The translations under genes and the position numbers were made by a program. From assembly GCA_963737905.1 (NCBI GenBank), contig CAVTUQ010000032.1, forward strand, positions 21,096 to 85,095: a stretch of DNA of 64,000 bases. The letters run 5' to 3'. The stretch comes from an uncultured delta proteobacterium. GTDB taxonomy: Bacteria > Desulfobacterota > Binatia > UBA9968. Position 1 is the stretch's first letter. Every line of letters starts with the position of its first letter. Positions 40,176 through 50,564 of the stretch are shown piece after piece. The notes under the pieces are model-generated. The model worked only from the letters and a program-made list of their open reading frames with translations. It ran no database searches and was not told the origin of the DNA.

Positions 40176-40460
40176 TCATGAAGTGGGTGCTAGTAACACA
40201 TCGAATCCGATTTGGCCGCCGTTCGGGGCGTTGACTTGGATGCCCTGTCCCGGAGGAATCAGATAAGTTCTTGAGCCTGTGCTCAAAGCCCCAACAATGG
40301 CTTGATCGGCTGGGTTCGCAGTAGAGTTGAAAATTACGGGGTGTGCGCGCGCGCGTGTACTAAACGAACCCGCAACCTGAACCGTGACCAGGAGTGGCGT
40401 GGGGGAATCATTTTGATAAAGGACTCCACTTGTATTTTGTGGCAGATCTGTAAACTGCAT
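40176..40460 (-). CDS. Hypothetical beta-rich protein
   Basis: GAGGAGG RBS, 94 aa. Confidence 0.65.
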   Translation of the reverse strand: MQFTDLPQNTSGVLYQNDSPTPLLVTVQVAGSFSTRARAHPVIFNSTANPADQAIVGALSTGSRTYLIPPGQGIQVNAPNGGQIGFDVLLAPTS

Positions 40461-40536
40461 TAAACCCTCCTCTCAGGATTGGCTAACGAGAAGTTGCTCA
40501 TGATGGTCTCAACACTAATCACCCGATCCTTCTGAG

Positions 40537-40722
40537 CTACCTTATTTGACTTTGTATAACATTTGCTGATACGTCCCCCGTTCCTTCAGAAATCTTCTGC
40601 ATGAACTCTTCTCGGGTAATCAGCCCCTTCTCAATCAAGAGTTTCGCCAGTGCGTCGGTCTGCGCGAGTCTTGAGACGAGAAGTTCTTCCAACGTGAGAG
40701 GTCTTTTATCTGGTTTTGCCAT
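40537..40722 (-). CDS. Small hypothetical protein (LAKLLIEKGLITREEF type), 3' end possibly frameshifted
   Basis: GAGGA RBS; helical motif. Confidence 0.65.
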   Translation of the reverse strand: MAKPDKRPLTLEELLVSRLAQTDALAKLLIEKGLITREEFMQKISEGTGDVSANVIQSQIR

Positions 40723-40732
40723 TGTGGCTTCC

Positions 40733-40933
40733 TCACTTGATTACCCGGTCGGCGCGGTAAAGAACTGACTGCGGAATCGTCAGACCGATCTGCTTGGCCG
40801 TCTTTAAGTTAATCACCAACTCGAACTTCGTCGGCTGTTCAACGGGAAGGTCGGCAGGCTTGGCTCCCTTGAGGATGTCCACGTAATATGCGACGCGCCG
40901 GTAGCTGTCCGCGAGGTCCGCCCCGTAGGACAT
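40733..40933 (-). pseudogene. C-terminal fragment of an ABC_sub_bind protein
   Basis: MSYGAD...[30 protein letters not shown]; 5' part replaced by a repeat element. Confidence 0.85.
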
Positions 40934-40939
40934 GAGCCC

Positions 40940-41115
40940 ACTTCTCCGCGACCTCAGCGGTCATGAGAAAAAATCGCCGCCCGCCCTTCGACCAGGCTCA
41001 GGACGAACGGCTAAGTACTTGATTCACCGATTCCGCCACCCCGTTCGTGCTCAGGTTCTCGAAGCATGACCGGATTTCCAGCGCCTCCGGGGTGCAAAAC
41101 TCTGAGTCCTTCTTC
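40940..41115. repeat. Nested MITE/REP-like element
   Basis: CCCTTCGACCAGGCTCAGGACGAACGG...CCGTTCGTGCTCAGGTTCTCGAAG inverted pair inside CTCCGCGACCTCAGCG/CAGCGCCTCCGGGGTGCAA. Confidence 0.7.
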
Positions 41116-41118
41116 TCC

Positions 41119-42841
41119 TTACGTGAACGCTCGTTCTAGCTCACGCAAGATTCCGTCGGGTTCGCGCAGTCCAAGGTCCACGATTTGATCGGCGCGGGCT
41201 TGCGAATCGCTGTTGGCATAGATACGTAGCTGGGGCGCGTTGCCCGACGGCCGGACGTGCGCGACGTCGCCATTGTGGAAATAGACGCGCACCCCATCGA
41301 GGACATTGATGCGCACGATATCGTCGAATCCGAGCGCGGGCGTGAAGAAACGCATCAACGTGGCTTTGCGTTGCTGCCAGTCTGCGATTGCCGGTGCCGC
41401 GAGCAGCGTGGAGACCGTGCCCGGATGGCTGCGGTCAAATACGCGTGCTGTGCTATCGAACGCCACCTCGATCACATCGCCGGGTGGTATCAGATGAGCC
41501 AGGATGGCCTGGCTAACCGCGACCGGTACGTTGTCGAGCAAGCCGGCGCGGCCAAAGCGTGCCGGCAGCCGGTTCCATAGTGCGGCCAATCCGACGCGCT
41601 GCTCGGCGGCGGCGAACAAATTTGCCAGGATGGGCAACGTCGAGTCGCGCGTGGGCAGCGCGATCAGTGTCCCCCCGGTCAACGGAATATCGCTGCCGGT
41701 CAAAAATCCGCCGTTGGCTTCCCAGCCCACGATCCGTGTGTGTTCTCCGGCGCGCAATTCGTCGAGGGCGGAGATGACATAGGGCGATCCGATCTTGGTC
41801 TTCTCGAAGAAAACCCCACGCTCGCCCATGCGTCGCTCGACCGCATCGTTGGCGCTAATGGGAACCGCGGCACCATCTGCGCGCAGGTATTCAGCGACTA
41901 CCATGCCGAGCAGGTCACCGGGCAAAAAGCGCACGCGCCGGCCGCCCGGGTGGACCTCGGCGGCGGGCAGCACCGCTATCACGAGCGGCCGGTCGGAGTC
42001 GCCATCCGTAGACACGATTGCGTGAAGCGGCCGGCCGCTCGCTTCGGCAGCCACCGCGAACTCCTCCAGGCGATCAAGCTGCTCGTCGGTGATGTTCTCG
42101 GTATCGATGGAAACGAAGGTCTCGCTGCGCCCAGCGGTGACCACCTCGGCGCCGAGCGCGCGCAGGATCTGCGGCAAGATATCGCGGCCCACCGCCGAAT
42201 GCTGATACACAAGAACGCGCAGGCCGGATAGACCACCGCCGGTGAAACTTGTCAAATAGCGGCGGACGTAGGCTTGCTCGGCGGCGCGATCGAGCGGCGG
42301 CAGGTCCGCCGGCCGCTTGAACATTCCGGAGGCGTCGAAGGCCGATGTGGTCGCGGTCCGGCTGTATTCCTCGACGCGCACGCGCTCGACCTCCGCCGTG
42401 ATGCCGGGTTCGTCCTGTTTCAGAACCTCACCGACACTTTTATTGATTTTAATACCGTTGCGATCGAACGGAATGTGGCTGCCGGTCACCATCACACCGG
42501 CTGCGTCCGGTAGAGATGGCATGCGAGACTAACGCGGGTGTAGGAATCTTGCCCGAGTTCTCCACGTGGCAACCCGAGTCGACAATCGCCCGTGCCGAGG
42601 CGCGCATGATGCGGTCGGTGCTCGGCCGGAGGTCCCCCGCGATAACCACTGTGCTGCCCGCACGGATATCGCCGATGCTCAACAAATACCGGAGCGCGCC
42701 TTTGACATTGACATAAGCCTCGATGTCGGTGATGTCTTTGACCAGACCGCGTAATCCGCTGGTGCCAAAGGTCAACGGGACTGGAGCATAGTTAAGAAAC
42801 GAAGCCGTGGGGTGGATTCGCGGTTCGGGCATTGGAGTCAT
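41119..42841 (-). pseudogene. Phosphomannomutase/phosphoglucomutase, frameshifted at ~42502
   Basis: FGTSGLRG and DLRPS in ORF1; MVTGSHIP, STDGDSDRP, GWEANGG, RPSGNAP in ORF2. Confidence 0.9.
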
Positions 42842-42888
42842 GGTGTTTACGCATGTCCTCAACGTACCTTAGTGGTTTGGCAACTCTT

Positions 42889-43194
42889 TCAAAACGAAAT
42901 GAATCTATTACTTCTCACCCAAGCTAGGTTTCCTGCGGAAATCAGCCGGACAACTCCCACGAGAGTGGCAGAGCCTAAGATCGCGGTGGCATATCTGCTA
43001 AACGAACTGCCTTCCCCGATGACAGCCCAGAGAAATAGATAACCTCCAAAAGAGGCACCAAGGATACCCAACACGATATCTAAGCTTCTGGCATAGCCGC
43101 CTAGTAATCTTTTCCCGTACCCCTGTTCCCCCATAAATGTTCCTGTCAACCAACCGGTCATTCCGCCCACTAAAATCCAAAATATCCCGCTCAT
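42889..43194 (-). CDS. GlsB/YeaQ/YmgE-family stress membrane protein
   Basis: W.LVG...GWL, DIVLGILGA..GG.LF, AILGS. Confidence 0.8.
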   Translation of the reverse strand: MSGIFWILVGGMTGWLTGTFMGEQGYGKRLLGGYARSLDIVLGILGASFGGYLFLWAVIGEGSSFSRYATAILGSATLVGVVRLISAGNLAWVRSNRFISF

Positions 43195-43221
43195 AAAAAC
43201 CTCCCGCTATTTACCATTGCG

Positions 43222-43253
43222 ATCCGGGGAGAGGGGACATCTCCCCTCCCCGG
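43222..43253. terminator. GC-rich hairpin, probable terminator of 43272-43589
   Basis: TCCGGGGAGAGGGGA-CATC-TCCCCTCCCCGGA. Confidence 0.55.
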
Positions 43254-43271
43254 ACCGGCAGGTCTTCCCGG

Positions 43272-43589
43272 TTAGGCCGCTTTAGCGGCGATCTGGTGCG
43301 AAGTCGAGTTCGCGACCTCAAACAACTCCACTCTGGGAGTACCTTCCACCACCTTCGACAAGGTCTTCAAGATCTCAGGATACTTCTCACGGTTGTAAGC
43401 CTCCGCGTCCTCTTTCCTATCCCAGAAGCTAATGGCTACTACCTCATTGCGCTCCGGGGCGACGAGGGTGATCTCATCCCTAAATCCCTTTTGTTTCCGG
43501 AGCACGGGAATAACCTCGTTCTCAAGAGTGCGGGTAAACTCAGCCACATTATTGGCCTTGAGCTTCATACTGACGTTGCGGGTATACAT
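43272..43589 (-). CDS. ABM-like (antibiotic biosynthesis monooxygenase fold) protein
   Basis: IPVLRKQKGF, ISFWD.KEDAEAY; AAGGAGG RBS. Confidence 0.8.
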   Translation of the reverse strand: MYTRNVSMKLKANNVAEFTRTLENEVIPVLRKQKGFRDEITLVAPERNEVVAISFWDRKEDAEAYNREKYPEILKTLSKVVEGTPRVELFEVANSTSHQIAAKAA

Positions 43590-43875
43590 TTCAACCTCCT
43601 TGGTTGGACTGGTGAGAGGGTTAAGTATTGTGGGGCTTACGTGAAGAATTTCAGTAACCGAGGAAGGAAACCCTATGCCTAGCTTCTTTAACAGTAGTCA
43701 CTAAACTCTCGTTGTCAAGTAACTTTGTTGAGCCGGCAAATAGGCGGTGTGTTTATAACTGGCGGTTCACTCCTAACGAAACTTGCAGAAGCGGAAGCGA
43801 TCCCCGCTAGCTGTTTGATCGATCGGAGTGGTATTTCGGTCGGCGCGGCTCTTTTCTGTCCTTTAGACCCTGCTA

Positions 43876-44097
43876 TTAAGCTTCCGATCCATGCTCATCA
43901 ATCCATGCCCTACATAGGCTGAGCGCGTGCTCTTCGGCTGCCTTCTTAGTCGTAAAAGTCAAGTCGGTGGATTCCAAACGTTTAATCTCTATCGTCGAGT
44001 TTTCATGTGTAGCGAACACGAGTCCCCGAGGTTGCCATAGCTTTCCCGATTTTGGAACTGCGATCCCGTAAATGGGATGGTTCTTGTATGGACACAT
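43876..44097 (-). CDS. Small hypothetical protein
   Basis: GAGGA RBS; F.TK..AEEHAL.LCRAWID. Confidence 0.65.
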   Translation of the reverse strand: MCPYKNHPIYGIAVPKSGKLWQPRGLVFATHENSTIEIKRLESTDLTFTTKKAAEEHALSLCRAWIDEHGSEA

Positions 44098-44411
44098 TTT
44101 GGTATCCTCTTTCAGTCCAGTATTATAGGACCCAGTAGGTTTCTACCATTTGTATTGAGCTCCTTTGCACTTATTCCAACTCACTCGCGTGCTAACGCTT
44201 TCAGCAATCGGTCTAGGTCATACTCCCGATTTCGAATCGTCGAGAAATAGTGCCTGCTGGCTATTACCCCGACTGATAACGTGATAAAAAGCTCGTGGCT
44301 TACGCGCCATGACGAGATGCTATGAGAAAGCTCATTCATAAGTCAATGCCCGGCCCACGCGCTAAGAATAAATAGACGCCGCCGTAGCTGTTATTCCAAG
44401 GAGCCATTGAT

Positions 44412-44855
44412 ATGAAGAAGTACAAAAAAATTCCTTACGTCGGATCCGTCATGACCCCTTTTCCCTATTTTGTTGACACGGATAATGAGGTTGGAGAAGT
44501 GGAGCGATTGATGGGCGAGCACCATATCCATCATATTCCTGTGCAGCAGAATGGTCGAGTTGTCGGAATAGTTTCAGAGCGAGATCTGTATCACTTAGGC
44601 GATCGGTTCCTGCCAATTACAGACAGGGCACGCATCCGAGCCCGCGACATTATGGCTTATCATCCGTATATCGTTGCCTTCGACACCCCTCTCAACGAAG
44701 TCGCTCTTGAGATGGCAAAACGTCATGCCGGGTCCGCGATCGTTCTTCATCATGAAAAACTTGCCGGCATCTTGTCTGCAACGGATATCTGTCGTATTTT
44801 GGCCGAGATATTCGAGTCTGAATTTTCGCCCGATACCGGAGGTGACGCTGCTTAG
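44412..44855 (+). CDS. CBS-domain protein
   Basis: VMT, HHIPV...VVGIVSERDL, LAGILSATDI. Confidence 0.9.
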   Translation: MKKYKKIPYVGSVMTPFPYFVDTDNEVGEVERLMGEHHIHHIPVQQNGRVVGIVSERDLYHLGDRFLPITDRARIRARDIMAYHPYIVAFDTPLNEVALEMAKRHAGSAIVLHHEKLAGILSATDICRILAEIFESEFSPDTGGDAA

Positions 44856-44941
44856 ACTCTCATGTGCCACCACGAACGGTGGCCGTAATAACTCGTGTGA
44901 ATTGAATTATTCTACTACAACGCCACTAACGTCCATGGTTT

Positions 44942-45055
44942 CTATGCCGGGATTTTTGTCGGTAGTCTCTCCGGACTCGCTTTTGCCGTTTGTGCCTGTT
45001 TTTTTATCTTCTGTTTCCGAGCCTTGTCCTTATCCTTCTTACCTTTGTCTCCCAT
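44942..45055 (-). CDS. 37-aa Lys-rich small protein MGDKGKKDKDKARKQKIKKQAQTAKASPERLPTKIPA
   Basis: AGGAGG 7 nt before ATG; below ORF-track cutoff. Confidence 0.7.
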   Translation of the reverse strand: MGDKGKKDKDKARKQKIKKQAQTAKASPERLPTKIPA

Positions 45056-45214
45056 CGTGTCCCTCCTGTTCCACAAAGCGCCGATAGCATCCCTCGCTTG
45101 GGCCCGCGAGGTTTACGTTGTAAGTTCACACTTCGACTTGCTGCGAAAATGGATTGTAAAAATAAAAACGCCGTCACCTAGCAGCCCCGTCGAACCAGAG
45201 CAGCGCACCCCTTT

Positions 45215-45502
45215 TCAATGCAATTTTGGACCACGCGGGTTTAATTCCCCGCAACAGTGACAAATCCAGTAGTCCGAGTATCGTTTTGTGACGGAGCATT
45301 CTTCACAAGCGCTACAATGACGATGGGGACAGCCGCCACAATCGGCGCTGCCAATCGTTCCCGATGCGCGGCTAGCCTTTGCCCATGCCTGTTTCGCTGA
45401 ACCCGCTTCGATCAGAACAAAACGCTTGTTATCCACCCCGTTATATTCCTGAGTCACCCGTCGGATCACCCGGTCTCGCAGATCAACCGCATAAAGCGCC
45501 AT
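45215..45502 (-). CDS. Cys-rich hypothetical protein, possible metal binder
   Basis: CGGC-x4-CSACEEC-x11-CHCC. Confidence 0.7.
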   Translation of the reverse strand: MALYAVDLRDRVIRRVTQEYNGVDNKRFVLIEAGSAKQAWAKASRASGTIGSADCGGCPHRHCSACEECSVTKRYSDYWICHCCGELNPRGPKLH

Positions 45503-45566
45503 ATTGCCTTCACTCCTCAAGGCGAGCCTTACGCCCGTTTTTGCTCACTATACTTTTGGTCCTGTA

Positions 45567-45636
45567 AAACTGCACCGGCTCACCAGGAATTACTGTCTAA
45601 TATTGAACAATACTGAAAATAATTATTGCGAGGCCC
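45567..45636 (-). promoter_or_regulatory. Box-B promoter C
   Basis: TGTCT AATATT GAACA at 45594-45609, then GAAAATAATTATTGCGAGGCC. Confidence 0.7.
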
Positions 45637-45762
45637 GCGGGCAGCCACAAGTGATAAAGCCTATTCTAAAACGCTCAACGTGACAAGGATTCCCCCCCGG
45701 CATGACCAGAGGATCGTGCTAAAAACGCCTCTGGTTCCCGTCGCACGGCAAGAGGGCTCGCT

Positions 45763-46506
45763 TTATGTAAGGAAACGTCTTAATAAGTCGACGGGCAACG
45801 GTAGGACGACGGTGGAATTATTATCCGCCGATACCTCGACTAGACTTTGCAGGAATCTAAGGTGCATCGCTGCCGGCTGTTTCGCAATGATCTCAGCTGC
45901 ATCTGCAAGCTTCTGCGAGGCCTGAAACTCTCCCTCGGCGTGAATGACCTTGGCACGCCGCTCTCTTTCCGCTTCCGCCTGCTTGGCCATGGCGCGCTGC
46001 ATCTCCTGGGGAAGGTCGATGTCCTTCAATTCTACTAAAACCACTTTGATTCCCCACGGCTCTGTTTGGGAGTCCAGGATCTCTTGAATTCGGGCATTGA
46101 TCTTTTCCCTCTCGGCTAAAAGCTCGTCCAGCAGGGCCTGCCCGCAAGTGCTCCTGAGTGTGACCTGGGCGAGTTGAGAACTGGCGAAGAGATAGTTTTG
46201 CACTTCGGTGATGGCTCGATTGGGCTCGACTACCCGGAAGTAGAGAACAGCACTGACCTTGATGGAGACGTTGTCGCGTGTAATCACATCTTGCGGAGGG
46301 ACATCCATAGTCACGGTGCGAAGATCCACTCGCATCATTTTCTCAACGAGTGGAATGACATACGTAATCCCAGGGCCCCGAGCCCGTACTAAACGCCCCA
46401 GCCTAAAGATCACTGCTCGCTCATACTCCTTTAAAATCTTGATCCCACTGATAGTGAGCAAAACGGAGATGATCAGAACTGTGGCGATCGCCCCAATATT
46501 AAACAT
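45763..46506 (-). CDS. SPFH/stomatin (slipin) family protein
   Basis: [33 protein letters not shown]. Confidence 0.95.
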   Translation of the reverse strand: MFNIGAIATVLIISVLLTISGIKILKEYERAVIFRLGRLVRARGPGITYVIPLVEKMMRVDLRTVTMDVPPQDVITRDNVSIKVSAVLYFRVVEPNRAITEVQNYLFASSQLAQVTLRSTCGQALLDELLAEREKINARIQEILDSQTEPWGIKVVLVELKDIDLPQEMQRAMAKQAEAERERRAKVIHAEGEFQASQKLADAAEIIAKQPAAMHLRFLQSLVEVSADNNSTVVLPLPVDLLRRFLT

Positions 46507-46783
46507 AGCCTCTCCTACGCTAACTTCGCGCTCAGATCAACCTTTCTCCCTTGCAGGTGCAAGAGGCGCCACGGCATATCCTGCCGTCTCATTATAATAC
46601 GAACCGGATGTGATGCAGCAATATAACTGCGTCACGGGTTAACAGCAAAATGACGACAATCACCAGCTTGAGGTGCCTGATTGGCACCTCAAATCTGATT
46701 TGGATCTTTAGAAATCCCGCGTCGTCTATCTGGCTTCGACTGCTGCTTGGGAAATCTTCAGCGCGATACCCATAGGCAATGGA

Positions 46784-46975
46784 TTATCGCCGGTACTCAA
46801 TGCCGTGCCCTAATCTCTCCAGTTCCCAGGATGAGACCTTTTCTATCTTAACGTCTTCTTTTGCTGCGGCGGCCTGCAATTTATCCGCTTGGGGCAGTTT
46901 GATCAGGTATTTGACATTGTTCCCGTCGCTCAGCGTCACCGAGAGAACCATCTGTTTGCCTTCTTCCGTTCCCAA
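46784..46975 (-). CDS. Small hypothetical protein
   Basis: 63-aa protein-like ORF; start uncertain. Confidence 0.45.
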   Translation of the reverse strand: MGTEEGKQMVLSVTLSDGNNVKYLIKLPQADKLQAAAAKEDVKIEKVSSWELERLGHGIEYRR

Positions 46976-47058
46976 TGTTTGAAGTCCGGCAATGCATAGC
47001 TAGGCCCGCGACATTATCCTCTCTCTTACCCTCTTTAAAGAATATTGCCGTTTTTCAA

Positions 47059-47277
47059 CTACAAGAGTTTTAACGCAACTGCGTAACCGGTTAGCAGTCC
47101 GTGGAAAAACGCTTGCCTCTCCTTTTGGTTGGTCTTTTCATAGTGCCGAGACGCCTCATCCAGTGCTTTCAGGAGCTTTTCGCGGCGTTTCTGTCGCGTT
47201 CCTCCACCCAGCATCTTATCAAGAAGCACCTGCACCGCCTGATCGTCCGCGATGATATATTTGTGATCATGTGGCAT
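47059..47277 (-). CDS. Small hypothetical protein
   Basis: GGAGGTG RBS; helical, ends FFHGLLTGYAVALK. Confidence 0.7.
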   Translation of the reverse strand: MPHDHKYIIADDQAVQVLLDKMLGGGTRQKRREKLLKALDEASRHYEKTNQKERQAFFHGLLTGYAVALKLL

Positions 47278-47334
47278 AAAAAATCACCTCCCTATGGCAA
47301 CTCTATCCTGTACAAGCCGGCTCTTATTTGCCCG

Positions 47335-47808
47335 CTATGCGAGACGCATCTGGGCCAATGACGCGTACGCACCGCCGCCGCTTATATCCGGAACGATCTC
47401 TAGCTCAAGGGCGGTTACTCCGTTGAGCTTAACAGTATAATCCTCGATCTCCTGGTTAGTGACCGGCGGACTGAAGGTATACTGCTGACGCACAATCTCC
47501 CTGGGCGTCTGCTGGCCTTCCGGTAACCAGCGCAGCACGAATTCCTGCGTGCGCCCCTGTTCCTTTTCGTCGAACCCGAGAAGGATACGCCCGAGGCTAA
47601 GGGGTTGGTCAAAGATGAGGCGGATCGTCTGTTTTCCGGGTTGCGCCGCTCGCCAGCCCGGCCCGCGATCGAGTATCAGAGCCGACTCGATCGGATGTTC
47701 GGCACTTTCCGAGGTGATCTCGACCCGAGCTAAACGCTCGAGATCCAACCACACATCACCTGAACGTGAGACAGCTTCAGAACCTGTGTTGATCGTCTGT
47801 TTGCGCAT
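47335..47808 (-). CDS. Galactose-binding-fold (carbohydrate-binding-like) protein
   Basis: WLDLE.LA.VE.TSE...PIESAL, GWRAA.PG.Q.IRL.FD, RQQY.FSP. Confidence 0.8.
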   Translation of the reverse strand: MRKQTINTGSEAVSRSGDVWLDLERLARVEITSESAEHPIESALILDRGPGWRAAQPGKQTIRLIFDQPLSLGRILLGFDEKEQGRTQEFVLRWLPEGQQTPREIVRQQYTFSPPVTNQEIEDYTVKLNGVTALELEIVPDISGGGAYASLAQMRLA

Positions 47809-48194
47809 CAGACCTCCATTTTCTCTATCAGCATAACGATAGAATTCTCTGGCACCAGTTGGCTTTTAGCGTATGGTTCCAACTATATGCCATAAGCTAT
47901 CGGCCAATTTGTCTTTTTGTTCCCTCGATCCATTCGAAATCATCATCACTGAGCTTGCCCCACCACGATTTAAGTGTACCGCGCATTTGCTTCCACTGCC
48001 CTGCAAAGATGTCATGGTTCATCGGATTGTTCTCGATATTTTTGTCCATCTGTCAGTTACCTCCTCTCTATAGACCGAGTATGTACGATCAAAAATCAAA
48101 TCGTTTCCCGACCCTAACGCAAGTTGAACAAATGCTCTTGGACGCGAACGAATTGCGTGTAGCAAAGGCCGCTCTCCGATCCTTGCCTTCCGGC

Positions 48195-48716
48195 TCACTG
48201 CATTGTTCCGGCTGGCTGCTTGATTGCATTTTTTCGTAGTTTGAGAGCATTGTCTACTTGTTCCTCCGCCACGCTTTTGCTCTCCCCCATCACTTCCGAG
48301 ATCTCGCAAATCAGGAACTTTCTTGCTTTATCCAACTTCTGTTGATCGCGGGGTGATAGAATCTTCGTTTCATTCAACTGGGTCAGTGATTCAATGATTT
48401 GAGCCAAGTCAAATGCCGACCCCGAGCTCAATAATTTTACGTTGTCGATGTCACGCTGCTTCCAGTTCTTGGATGATGTAACGGAATTTTCTAAATGACC
48501 CATCAGCTTCGGAATCTCGGATTTTCCCATCAACTGCCGGATACGCAGGGCACTGACTTTGTCTACTGGGACGAACACTGCGTCGCCGCTATTGTCCAAC
48601 AGTGCCAACCGGTAGAAGCTTGTCGGCCGGCCAGCAACCACCTTTTTTACCAACGCGCCGATCAAACAGGGACCCTGGGACGGATAAACGACCTTATTGC
48701 CAATACTGAATGTCAT
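48195..48716 (-). CDS. CarD/CdnL-family transcriptional regulator
   Basis: F.IG.KVVYP..G, NWKQR, L.SG..F..A, L..EIS; AAGGAG RBS. Confidence 0.88.
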   Translation of the reverse strand: MTFSIGNKVVYPSQGPCLIGALVKKVVAGRPTSFYRLALLDNSGDAVFVPVDKVSALRIRQLMGKSEIPKLMGHLENSVTSSKNWKQRDIDNVKLLSSGSAFDLAQIIESLTQLNETKILSPRDQQKLDKARKFLICEISEVMGESKSVAEEQVDNALKLRKNAIKQPAGTMQ

Positions 48717-48959
48717 TCGATTCTCCTTTCCCGTTACGGGAACTGACATCAACTGGGTTGCTGCTGGGAAATAGCCGTAAACGTCGCGCCGTTGTGCGCT
48801 GAGAAAATCTGCTGCACAGCGGGACGTCCCAAGCCACTGTCGCCGGCCTTCGTGGTTTTAAATAATTCAGCCGCTCTAGGCGATCTTGGCGAGGTAAGCA
48901 GTGAGCTTGTTTTCTTTGATGATGAAAAAGCGATCTCTATTCGTCCGATCAGCCCGAGG

Positions 48960-49394
48960 TTATGAAATCTCGGCATAAACAAGTTGGCCCGAGGCCGCGT
49001 CGTGCCCACCATCCCCGACAATTGAATCATGATCCAGCTTCCTTTCGATAACAATTGAATGCTCTAGGGATTCGGTCGGCAAGACGCTGTTACAGTTGCC
49101 CCCTCGCTGTGTCGCAAATTCAAGAGCTTTGAGATGATGACTCAGCTGTTCCTGAAACCAAGTATCCGTGGGCCATTGCCACTTCATATGGGGAAGGTCC
49201 TTGTCGCGGTAGGAGCAGCCATTCGCCTTACTCTGCAAGAAAATGAGTTGCCAGTAGCTGATCTTGTCCTCCTCGTCTACATAAACACGAGTTCTGCTGA
49301 AGACCTCTTTCACCAGCGCTGCAACCCCGCTCGCCAAGAATCCAATCAGGAGTAATTGCTTTTCCAGATAATAGACCTTCATGGTTACCTCCAC
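48960..49394 (-). CDS. Hypothetical protein
   Basis: GGAGG before MKVYYL; C-terminus may be degenerate. Confidence 0.45.
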   Translation of the reverse strand: MEVTMKVYYLEKQLLLIGFLASGVAALVKEVFSRTRVYVDEEDKISYWQLIFLQSKANGCSYRDKDLPHMKWQWPTDTWFQEQLSHHLKALEFATQRGGNCNSVLPTESLEHSIVIERKLDHDSIVGDGGHDAASGQLVYAEIS

Positions 49395-49719
49395 GATATT
49401 TTCGTTTTCACTTCAGGCCGCCAGCCGCTGCTGCCACTCTCACGACGTAGAAAGGCTGAGCCGAAGGACCAGGCTCCACAGACCACCCCAAAGGCTCCCA
49501 GCTTTGTCCCGGGCCTTAATGTGGCCGGCCGGGCCTGTAGGCAGAGGAATCGCTGACGTGTTGTTCGTTGTGATAGTCTTTGCCCACGATAGACAATTCG
49601 TTCATGCCGAAGCCCGACCTCTAAACTTCTTTGATGATGCTTCTGCCTCGGCCTGGTGGTTGCCGACACTCACTGCGACATTGTTCTTCGCTAGGGATTG
49701 CCTTCCTCAGCGTAGATTT

Positions 49720-49782
49720 AACTTATGCCGACTCGGCAGGAGTTACTGTCTAATATTGGACGCTTTTGAAAATAATTATCGC
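49720..49782 (-). promoter_or_regulatory. Box-B promoter D
   Basis: TGTCT AATATT GGACG at 49747-49762; -10 TAAGTT 21 bp away; GAAAATAATTATCGC. Confidence 0.75.
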
Positions 49783-50049
49783 ACCGTTGGCAGAGATCCG
49801 GGGTCGATCTCGGCACCGGTCGGCTCTTGTTGGACAAGTCGTCGCGTTGGGACAGCCGGTTGGTTTGGCCTGGGTGAAGATGTGTAGAGCGCAGCGAACT
49901 CGGGCAACGCGAGCTTCGGGGTCGTTGGCGCTCAATTGAATTTTCCCAAAGGTCTCTTCCCGTGCCTCTCCACTATTCGTGGACGTATTCCGTTACGAAA
50001 ACTATCATGGTTTTTGCAAGTGATAACGAAGACTTCCGGTCACTTACCA

Positions 50050-50078
50050 TTGACAATGGCCCCTCCCATCCCTAGGTT
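50050..50078 (+). promoter_or_regulatory. Sigma70-type promoter of hsp20-lon
   Basis: TTGACA-17 bp-TAGGTT. Confidence 0.65.
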
Positions 50079-50132
50079 GTTTATTCGCCCCTAATATAAG
50101 CTGTGTTACGTAAGTCGTCTGGAGGCTCAGTT

Positions 50133-50564
50133 ATGTCAGCGAACGATTGGGATTTTCTAATCTGGCAGCGCGCGAACGATCTACTCCAACAGGCAGAACG
50201 GATCCGTAGGAATTTTTTGCAAATCGCCGATGGGGATCGCTATCGGGCATCTTACGGAAGAACGCCACGCTGGGAACCCCCGGTCAATGTCGTCGAGACC
50301 GACGAAAGCCTCTGGGTGATTTCGGCTGTCCCCGGAGTGGCAGTTGACCGAGTGGACGTACGGCTAGAAGGACGCGAACTTGTCATCGCAGGCGAACGCC
50401 CGCTGCCGAGATGCTGCAATGACGGGGAGCTAAAGATATGGGAGATCCCGCTCGGCCGTTTCGAGCGGCGACTGAGGCTCGTAGGAGGCGAAAAGCCTCT
50501 ATCGGTGGGAGAAATTTCTTTTCAGGATGGTCTATTCATCATCGAGATAAGGAAGCATTCATGA
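50133..50564 (+). CDS. Hsp20-family protein
   Basis: WEPPVNV.ET, EIP.GRFERR; overlaps the lon start (ATGA). Confidence 0.9.
   Translation: MSANDWDFLIWQRANDLLQQAERIRRNFLQIADGDRYRASYGRTPRWEPPVNVVETDESLWVISAVPGVAVDRVDVRLEGRELVIAGERPLPRCCNDGELKIWEIPLGRFERRLRLVGGEKPLSVGEISFQDGLFIIEIRKHS

Noticed and set aside
46608-46636. GTGATGCAG-N8-CTGCGTCAC inverted repeat upstream of the SPFH gene
   Set aside because: Single occurrence that does not fit Box-A or Box-B. It may be an operator but cannot be supported from this window.
50438-50560. Extended Lon N-terminus from the ORF track
   Set aside because: It overlaps hsp20 by more than 120 bp. The ATGA-coupled start at 50561 is more plausible.
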